Positions 55,533 through 64,000 of a stretch of 64,000 bases of DNA are shown here, piece after piece; position 1 is the first letter of the stretch; the number at the start of each line of letters is the position of its first letter. The notes under the pieces are model-generated. The model did not search any database, was not told where the DNA came from, and was given only the letters and a program-made list of their open reading frames with translations. The translations under genes were made by a program, and so were the position numbers. The stretch lies in the NCBI GenBank assembly GCA_000388065.2, contig KB932207.1; one strand, given 5' to 3'. Source of the DNA: Fonticula alba ATCC 38817. Taxonomy: Eukaryota; Protista; Nucleariida.

Positions 55533-57623
55533 ATGTTTGCGCCGGCTGCCACCGGTAGGGCCTTGTGCCGGAGCGGCTGGCTGCGGCTGGCGATGCTGGC
55601 CCGGCAGCCTCCCGGGCGTGGTCCTGCCACCTGGGGAGCCGCGTCGTTGCTGTTGAGCGGGATCCGGCACGCCGCCATCCGGCCCCCCGGCGAGGGCGGC
55701 CCCCCGATGCACCCGCAGAGGGCCTTCTCTTCGGCCGTGCCGAGTGTGGCCACCGGGAACCCGGCGGCCGGGCAGCACCATGGCGATGCCGCGGAGTGCG
55801 CCGGAACGCGCCTCTGCCAGGCCATCGAGCTCGGGGAAGCCCCGCTGCCACAGGGCTTCGACGATGTGGAGCACTTCCGGCTGTTTTTGCGGCTTGCCGG
55901 GGACCCGCGAGCGAATCGGCCACTGGCCAGCTCGTCCACCATCGGCCGACTGCTGGGGATGGATCGTCTCTCGGTGCAGGCCCTGCTGAGCCGCTATACC
56001 AGGGACTATGGGATTGCGCCGCCGAGGCGGTCGGGTCACATCATCCTGCCGGGCCTGGGGCCCGGGCACCCGGTCTTCGAGGATCTGATGGTGCTGGCCA
56101 GGAGGGATCCGCCGGTGGTGGGGCTGACCTTGGCGCGGCTGGTTTGCCTGCCCCCGAGGCAGGTGGACGAGCTGCTGAGTGAGCATATGCCCGAGCTGCT
56201 GGAGGGGCCTACCTTCCAGCGGAATGCGTGCATTCGTCGGCTGAAGCAGCTGGTGAATGTGGTCCCCCCCCTGTCGTATCGCATGATGTGCATGCTGCTC
56301 TCGATTGACCAGAATTCGGTGATGAGCAACATCAGAAGGCACATGCCGGAGTATGCCGATCGGGCGGTGGCCCGCGCGCCGGCCGACCAGCTGGAGACGA
56401 TGCGGCGGCTGCTGTCCGACCGGAGTCTGGATCCGCTGCCGTCCCCGCGGGAAGTGTACACCCAGTCGGGCTTGAGCAAGTCCACCTTCGACATCCACGG
56501 CCCGTCGCTGCATGCGGAGTATATGATCCGCCTCCGGGGGGCGCTGCCGCCGGAGAAGCTGGCCTCCATGCGAGCGCTGCTCCAGGAGCGGCGCCACACT
56601 CTGAGGACCATGGCCGATGAATTGGGCATGACGGCGCTCACCCTCCGGTGGTACATCAGGCACTATGAGCCGGAGGTCATTGTGCCGGCGCGGAATAACA
56701 TCCCGATTCGGCATCTTTCCCTGCCGCCGGACCGCAAGCAGCTGACGCTGACCGAGTATACGAGGCGCTTTTTGCCGGCCGAGTCGCCGGTGCATGGCCT
56801 GCCGGATGCGGAGCTGGCTACGCGATTGAGCGCGAAGGGCCTCCCCTCCTTGCGGCATTACAAAAAGACCTCATTCAATCCGCTGGTCCATTGCTCGGGC
56901 CCGGGGACCGACCTGCGGCCATTGGCCAAGGACCTTGACGCGGGTCTGGAAAGCCGCGTGCTGGCCCTTGCTGGGATGCGACCGGCCTTGACGAGATTGG
57001 AGATCAGCGAGCAATTGGCCACCACGCATCGGTATATTGCGGATCTGGTCCAATCGTCCAGCTGGCCGGCGGACTTCTGGCTTCACGGGTCGCGACGGGT
57101 GACCCCCCCCACGCGGGAGGAGATCCGCTCGCTGCGGCGCTTGGCGAGCGAAGTCCACCCGGCTGGCGGGCGCATGAAGTACACGGTGCCGGAGCTGGCT
57201 GCCGCGATGGGCTGGTGTCCGGACCGGCTGTATCACCGGTTGCATGAGTGCTGTCCGGAGTACTTCTTCCTGGCGCTGGCCCCGGAGGCGGGGTCCGGCC
57301 CGGGGGGGATGTATGTGCCGGAGGGGAAGCTGGATGCGCTGCTGGCCGCGGTGGAGGGCCAGTACCCGACGCCGGTGCTTCACCAGGTGGCGGCGGATCT
57401 GGGGTGTGCCCTGCCGCAGGTGGTGAACTCGCTGCGAGCACATGCCCGTCGGCAGGGTGGCCGCTTTACGGCGTCCAGGTATGCGCAGCATTCGGCCGGC
57501 CGGGTGTTCGAGTTGAAGCATGTGTTTCTGGAGGATCCGGCGCTGTACTATGTGAATGGGCGCCCGAGGCTTTGTCCGGAGGCCTCCCGCATTTACCGGA
57601 ACGCCAAGCAGTATCTCGAATGA
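55533..57623 (+). CDS. Intronless 696-aa hypothetical protein with a mitochondrial-type presequence and ~6-7 tandem tri-helical HTH-like motifs
   Basis: True ATG after a CT-rich leader. Non-low-complexity ORF with GC3-biased codons. The first ~50 aa are Arg-rich and acid-free, and ...QRAFSS follows. HTH-like segments: SSSTIGRLLGMDRLSVQALL, SPREVYTQSGLSKSTFDIH, TLRTMADELGMTALTLRWYI, TRLEISEQLATTHRYIADLV, TVPELAAAMGWCPDRLYHRL, VLHQVAADLGCALPQVVNSL. Confidence 0.75.
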   Translation: MFAPAATGRALCRSGWLRLAMLARQPPGRGPATWGAASLLLSGIRHAAIRPPGEGGPPMHPQRAFSSAVPSVATGNPAAGQHHGDAAECAGTRLCQAIELGEAPLPQGFDDVEHFRLFLRLAGDPRANRPLASSSTIGRLLGMDRLSVQALLSRYTRDYGIAPPRRSGHIILPGLGPGHPVFEDLMVLARRDPPVVGLTLARLVCLPPRQVDELLSEHMPELLEGPTFQRNACIRRLKQLVNVVPPLSYRMMCMLLSIDQNSVMSNIRRHMPEYADRAVARAPADQLETMRRLLSDRSLDPLPSPREVYTQSGLSKSTFDIHGPSLHAEYMIRLRGALPPEKLASMRALLQERRHTLRTMADELGMTALTLRWYIRHYEPEVIVPARNNIPIRHLSLPPDRKQLTLTEYTRRFLPAESPVHGLPDAELATRLSAKGLPSLRHYKKTSFNPLVHCSGPGTDLRPLAKDLDAGLESRVLALAGMRPALTRLEISEQLATTHRYIADLVQSSSWPADFWLHGSRRVTPPTREEIRSLRRLASEVHPAGGRMKYTVPELAAAMGWCPDRLYHRLHECCPEYFFLALAPEAGSGPGGMYVPEGKLDALLAAVEGQYPTPVLHQVAADLGCALPQVVNSLRAHARRQGGRFTASRYAQHSAGRVFELKHVFLEDPALYYVNGRPRLCPEASRIYRNAKQYLE

Positions 57624-57652
57624 GTGAATGCACCTGTGTATCACTGGGTGCT

Positions 57653-57683
<31 letters not shown>

Positions 57684-58599
57684 GAGCGGTGGGGGGGGGT
57701 GATATGCCTGCGCCATTCGTGGACGTTGAAACATTGAACTGGATTTGGCGGGTCGAGCAGCGTGACACCGGAGCAGGAGAGGAGGAAGGCCAGGCGGGGG
57801 AGCGGAGCATGTACGTGGCGACGCCGATTGAGAGCATGGGCATCGTGCTGCTGCCTTTCGGTGTGAATGGGGATAGCCGGGGCGTGCCCTCCCGCCGGGC
57901 AGGTGTGAGATGGGTTCGGTGCTTTAAATGAGCCACCCTTCGGCCCGGTATGTTGTTCCTGGGGGGGGGGGGTGCCCACAGGGTGCTCGTGCGCATGTGT
58001 GTCGTGGACCATTGGGCCATCTTATGGTGCAGGGAGTCCTGGTGATGGGCGAGCGGAGGCGGCGCGCGAGGAGACGTACACGCGGGTCCTGCGGTGGGGC
58101 TTTGTTCGGGTCTTTGGGGGCAGGATCGAGCCATGGGCCACGCGGCGGGCGAGCGCCATTGTCGAGTCCTAGGGCTGACTCGCGCCCGGCTGCCGGCTTG
58201 TCGGCCTCTGCCCGGCTGGGAGATGTCGCCAGGGCGTGGGCAAGCCGCCACCAATGCCCAGGCGGCCGGGACCCCCGGGGTCGAGGATCGGTGAGTGCCT
58301 CGTCACCGGGAGGGGGGGGGGGGGGGGGGTTGCTGCCAGCCAATCACGCAGGTGTCGTTTGCGGCGGGCGCCCGGTGGGGCGAATGGAGCCTACTTGGAG
58401 GCGGTCCTTCGGGATTGGGGGAATAGATGTGTTGCCTCGCGCTGCGCCTTCCTCGCATGCGCTGCGACCGCCAAGGCATTCCATATGGTGCAACGAGGGG
58501 ATGCGGCAGGAGCGGGCGGCTGCCTGTAGCGGCGTGCTGGGAAATGTGCGGGCGTCTGTGTGCCTCTATGCCCGTGTGTGTGTGTGTGTGCCAAGACAT

Positions 58600-60400
58600 A
58601 GGGGGTGCTACCTAGCGGGGGGTGAACCATGCGCCTGGTAGCGTTTCGCCGGTTGGCAGGGTCGGCACATGGGCACAGCCGAACACACAGCAATCCATGT
58701 GGCCGGCGGGAGGGATGCGCTCCAACCCCCGAGGGGGGCATTCGGCACACGGGTTGCACGGGGGCTTGGTGCAGGTGCCGCAGCAGGCCTCGGGCCACCG
58801 GCATGACGCGATTTCGGTCCCGGAGGGGCAGGCGGCTGCACAGGCGGCCTCGTGCGCGAGCAGCGAGTCAGCCACACGGGGCAGGCAGCGACCCCTCGAG
58901 GTGCATGCGGCACAGTCGGGCGCACAGGGCACGCGCCGGGCGGCATCGGCATCGGTGGGAGGGGTGCCTGGCGATGGTGGCCCTCGACACAGGCCTGGCA
59001 TAGGTTGGGTGCACCGGTGCACAGGGTATACGGGGCGTCATGCGGAGCCCGCCGGGCCGGAGCTTGCATCCTCGCTCGGGGGATGCGAGCCGGTGCATAG
59101 GGAGGGGATGCGTGGATCGCGGGACACGCAAGGACCAGGCCCGCTTGGCAGGCGGGACACTTGTCCTGGCTGTCGCAGGCGGCGCACGATCCGGAGGAGA
59201 GCGCGCACAGCTGGCCATCCGGGCAAGGCCGACAGGCATGACGGGCCGAGGGGCGGTGAGCATGCTTCGCCGGCGGCCGGGCGTGCGGGGCCCTTTCGCG
59301 TGTCGATGCCACCGGATGTGCCAGCGGGGGGGGGGGGGGGGGGGGGCGGCACCGCAGGAGGCCAGGCGGGGGAAAGGGTCGCCAGCATGAGCGGCGCATT
59401 TGTCGACGCGAATGCACGTTTGGCGGGCCGATGGGCAAGAAGCACGTGCCCGGGCCGGTGGAGCACACTTCGTCGGGGAATCTGGACTGACACGCCAGCC
59501 GGGCAGACGCCACTGCCGTTGACGCCGGCTCGGAAGCAGCTACATCGGGTGTAGGTCGGGGCATTGGAGCTGCTGGTAAAGGTGGGGCACGCCCCTGTGA
59601 GCAGGGGTCGCCATGGCAGGGGGTACATGTGGCAACAGCGAGTGGTGCGGGGCGAGGAGCCTGTGGGACGGCCGCCGCGGCCTGCTTGGCTGTGAGGCCT
59701 TTCAGTCGGGACGGCGGCTGCTGCATACGTGGCGGGACATTGGGCGCAGGAGGGGGGACGGGGGGTCGCAGGTGCGGGCAGCGAGGCAATATCCATTGGG
59801 GTGGCGATATCCCTCATGGCAGGAGGTAGGCTGGCTGGGGCGGGCGCGTGCGGGATGTGCGTCGGGGTGCGCGCGGAACAAGAGTGGCTGGTGGTGTTGG
59901 GGAGGGCGCGTGAAGGGCAGCTACCGTGGCCGACCCGGTCATAGAGCGAGGCCCGGCAGTCCAGCTGGAGAATGTATTGGTGCCGGTGCTGCGGGCGCCA
60001 CCAGACAGGCGAAAGGGCCCAGCACGGCCGGCCGGGTATGCAGAAGCGCTTCGGAAGCCGCGAAGGCAGGGGGCGGAGCAGGCAATGTACGTGCGCTTCC
60101 GCCGAGGAGAATTCCCGCGGGTGGGAGAAAATGCAGCCACCGCTCCATGTGCGGCGTGGCCGCCTCGCACAGCGGGATCAGCCGGCCGAAAGAGTGCATG
60201 CCCGGCAGTCCGGGCGGCAAGTGTGGCAAGTGTGGCCCCGGGATTCATGCCCATTGGAAGCGTCGGATGTACGCTCGAGAGAGCAGATCCAGGCGTGTGG
60301 CGAGCACAGGGCATTGAGGTGGCGCCGGTTTGGTTGAAGGAAGTGGCCGGGGCATAATGGGCAACGGTTGTGGGGCAGCACCATGACCGGGGAGGGGCAC
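58600..60400 (-). pseudogene. Decayed furin-like Cys-rich receptor fragment
   Basis: CxxC-type remnants hop between frames and are broken by stops: CHTCRPDCRACT, CPLCPGHFLQ, CRPCPDGQLCALSSGSCAACDSQDKCPACQAG, VPCAPDCAACTSRGRC, ACAAACPSG. A similar remnant near 62800-62950 reads TSTACTARKTARCTGHRESTCMS. Same strand as the intact receptors. Confidence 0.55.
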
Positions 60401-63400
60401 GGGAGCGTAGGGGCGGTCGGAGTGCCCGGAGAGGGGACAGTGGCGGGGGACAGCGAGCGCACACTGCCCAGCAGAGGCAGCAACAAGCCCCGGCCAAGAG
60501 CCGAGCAGGGGCGCACGACTGGGTGCTGGGAGGAGGGCAGGCGAGGATGGCGAAGGGGGGGGGGGGGGGGGCCGGTCGGGTCGCCGCGACCTTGAGAAGG
60601 CGGGGGCGCAGCCCGGCCCCCGGTTGCCACTGTCGGTGGGGGCGGCCAATGCGTCGGCAGATGCACCGGTGAGATGCCCAACGCATTCCGCATATTACAC
60701 TTTCTTCCGGAAGGGCTGTTCACCGAAAATAGGGGGATTAAATATGGCCAGCGAACATGGTGTGTGTGCATGTTGGTTTTTTTTTTTAATTTTAAGGGAC
60801 CCGGGCCTGAGCGGCAGCCGGGGCTGGCGGCTCCCCAAGCCCACTCCGTGCATTTTCTCCTTTTTTTCCCCCTGCAATGCCCACCCTTTTTTTTGCCTCC
60901 CCCCTCCCTGGTTCCTCCATGTGCGCCTCTAGCCATCGAGTTGCTGGCCTGCCGGCGAGCCGGTCTTCCTGAGAGGGGTCAGCGTTTTACGCCCCCGGTG
61001 ACGGCCCTGCCTATGTCGGTCTGCTTGGCATGGTCCTGCGCGTGGGCGAGCCACCTGCGCGCGTGCAGTGGCGCGCGTGGTCCGCGAACTCGCAGGCGGG
61101 GGTGCTCCTCCCCGGGCGTCCTCCGCGAAGGCCGGTGCCACCGCCGCCCGGTGGCCCGTGCGTGCATCCCCCCTCAGGGAGGGCATTGTGTGCCTGGGCG
61201 GCCGGAGCCCCTTGACGCCATTTTCCGGGCGAACCGCGCGCGAGTCCTCCATCCTTGCTTCCGGGTTTGGCTCCGGGTGTCGAGTCGCGCGCCCGCCCTG
61301 GAGCAAGCGCTCGCCAGTGGCACCGCCCGCCCCACCCCCGGGCCACCCCCCTGCCATGGGCCCATGTCTCGGGGTGTATGCAGGCAGTCTTCCCCCCTGT
61401 TCGGCCGCCATGCTGGCCGTCTGGCGGTCGGGGCAGGGGGAGGCATCGAAGCCGCGCCTTCCGCCGATGGGGGCCGACTCTGCAAGTGTGTCCAGGCGGC
61501 GCGCGGGCTGCATGTTGCACTGCCCTTGTGGGGACTCGGTTGCTGTTGCGCCGTCGCACAGGGGGGCAGGGCCCCGCACCCCACGGCCAATCTCGCCGTG
61601 GCGGGGTGCGCCTGTGCTATTGCCTGTCGCAGGGCAAGCAAGGATGCCGGCGATGTAGCGCATCCCGGCGGACGTGGAGAGGAGGCGGGGCGGGCCACCG
61701 AAAGGCGCCTGCGTGTGCGCAGGGCCCATTCTCGGGTCTGGTGTTGACTCTGCGTGCCGCCGGGCCAGGGCTGATCCCCCTGGCCTGGGTGAGAGGCAGG
61801 GGGAGGTGCTGCATGAGTATGCCAGACTCAGCCTCAACCACCCGCATGTGGGGGGGGGGGGGGGGGGGGGGGAGAGATGTGTTTGCAGCCGGCGGGCCAG
61901 GCCCCGAAGACCATGCCACGGGCGATGGCGCGTGATGTGGTGGTGGGCATATGATCCTGCATGTGACATGGCGCGACGGCTGACTCCATATGCTGGTGCA
62001 TTTCGTCAAGAGACTTGGACCTGGGGGGTGGGGTGGGGGTGGGGGGGGGGGGGGGCAAGTCCAAGAGGCACGCACAGGGGGCTGGTGTGGAGGCTCGTGT
62101 GTTCCTCTTCGGAGGTGCTGCGACGAGGTGCTTGCCGGGTGTTGAGCGGCATTGCCCGGGGCCTAGTCGCGGGGGATCCCAATGTGGGCGGGAGCCGTGT
62201 CCGTGAGAGAAGCACCTTCCGGGGGGAGGGTGGGGCACGGGGCGTGCGGGGCGGGGCGGCTGCCGCACATCTGGCGTGCATGCGGCCGCCGTCTCAGTGG
62301 CGGCCGGGAGGCAATGGCCCCGGGTTCAAGAAGGGGAGCGCGTGCCAAGATCCCCCTTCTGTCCTACATCGGTGCTCTCTTTGGGGCTGCCTGTCTGGGA
62401 TCTTATGTCGATGTTAGCAACACTGACTGCTGCCGAAGAGGCACCAGGCTCGGGGAGGGCCGGCCGTGGGGAATATGGCATGGTCGGCTGGCGATCGGGG
62501 GCCTCTGTGGCGGGGAGGATATGGAGCCTCTCCGAGTGCTCCTGCTCCATGCCGACGTCCTGTCGAGGAGTCGCGACACATTCGTCTTGCTGGGGGGGGG
62601 GGGGGGATGGATCGTGTGCTGAGCCGAGATGCTCGGGTGCGGCTCGCTGTCCCGATTGAGGCGATCCTCGGGAGAAGGCACGGGTGGGCCTGGGTAACGG
62701 GCACTCGGCGGCCTGAGTGTCCGATGAAGTCCGTCCGGACGAGCCGCGCCAGTGCCGGGGGCCCCTCTCCCTCGGCAAGCGCATCTGCCACCGGGCCGCA
62801 TGGGTAGCCTGTTGGGGGAGGGTCAGGTGAATGTGCCGGGGGCGTGGACATGCAGGTGCTCTCTCGGTGACCTGTGCAGCGGGCTGTCTTGCGAGCAGTG
62901 CAGGCTGTTGAGGTGGGCATTTTTGCGGCCGTGTGCCCTGGTCACTCGACGTGCGCCTTTTGGTGGAAAGATTGATCATGCACGGCAGGGGGAGCGGGAT
63001 CCATCGGCCGACGGGGGGCTGCTGCTGCTGCCATGAGACGTATGTCTGCGGTGTGGCAGTCTACCAGACCGACGGGGAGCCGGCAAGGGGCGGGGCCAGC
63101 CGGCCGACGGGCTCTGTGGTGGTGTGGATTAGTGGGATGGGCGGGCTGGCTCCTCTGGTTACCACGGTGGGGGATTCTCGAGTGGGGGTCATTCATGGGG
63201 CCGGCTGTGTGGATGGGTGGCAATGTGTGAGGCGAGTCCCGAGGGCCGGGCGTGGGGGGTCTGTTCGGACTGGGTCCACGGGTGTGTGGGTGATTGAGCA
63301 CTCGCCTGGGGAATGGCTGCCATGGGCCATGGAGTTGCGCGAGGTGTCTTGTGGCGGCGCACCGTGAGCAGCACCATTTGCCGGATATGGGGTGGATCGC

Positions 63401-64000
63401 GGCAGCCCGAAGAACCAGGTATGTGTACGCGATCCTCGGAGGGGGCGCTGTCCGGAAAGGGGAATCGGTGTGAAGCGACCCATGGGGCGCCCTTATGTTG
63501 CGGGGGGCCTCCTCTCGGGTCTGGGGCCGGGAGCTGGTCCCTGGCACGGGGGGAGGAAGATGACTATGCCGTTCGTGGGGGTGGGCACGGCCATGGCTCC
63601 ATCAGGTGGAAATGCATCAGCATGCGAACCCGGCGAGGGGCTTGCTGCAGATGCATGGACCTTGGCACAAGGGGAGTGAATCCCCACGGCTGGCCATGGG
63701 AGCGGAGAGTTGAAGTAAGAGCTGGGAGGTGGGCATCGGGAGCGGTGGTGGGAGCTGGCTGCTGGAGCCCGGGGGAGGAGCCCGGCCTATGGGCAGGATC
63801 TTGTGTGGGGTTGATTTGGTGGGATTGTCTCTGGGCGTGTGCAGGGGGAGGATGGAGTGCTCTTTGGGGATGCATGGAGGAGGGGCCGAAAGAGGGGGGG
63901 TGGAAGGGCGAGGTGCGGGTGTGTCCGCGTGACCAGTTCGTGGAATCCGGGGCCATCGGGGAAGTAGGCGGGCTACGAGGATGTGGCAAGTGGGAGGGGG

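Noticed and set aside
1-64000. Bacterial origin (high GC, many overlapping ORFs, VCBS-like motifs)
   Set aside because: Phase-consistent spliceosomal introns, CFAP20, eukaryotic A34 tRNAs without encoded CCA, oligo-T Pol III terminators and microsatellites all indicate a eukaryotic nuclear genome.

Overview
This is eukaryotic, very GC-rich genomic DNA from a draft short-read assembly, with N gaps at 1750-1791, 7502-7511, 10192-10276, 19984-19993 and 36464-36473. It has short spliceosomal introns (donors GT[A/G/C]CG[T/C], branch points CTRAC/TACTAAC). The gene content suggests an amoeboid protist, probably Fonticula alba or a relative; this is an inference from gene families and composition, not a database result. 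Most ORFs in the supplied track are GC-rich shadow frames. Supported genes: (1) CFAP20/BUG22 (+, 7374-8441); (2) two multi-exon receptor-like TKL kinases with large Cys-rich (furin-like) ectodomains (-, 8665-16982, non-RD; -, 32409-37411, RD); (3) a ~2,516-aa kinase-less FG-GAP/Cys-rich receptor-like protein (-, 42883-50616); (4) three paralogous two-TM proteins resembling the luminal domain of plant APD1-4 ubiquitin ligases, lacking the RING but ending in PPPPY...WSKY-stop (+, 23072-24964, 29262-30908, 39323-41090); (5) an intronless 696-aa protein with a mitochondrial-type presequence and tandem HTH-like motifs (+, 55533-57623). There are also 11 tRNA genes, decayed Cys-rich receptor remnants, a possible solo LTR, satellites and an Illumina adapter artefact. 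The most striking pattern: between 17 and 51 kb every membrane-protein gene is separated from its neighbour by at least one tRNA gene, and three of these genes sit between identical direct-repeat tRNA copies.
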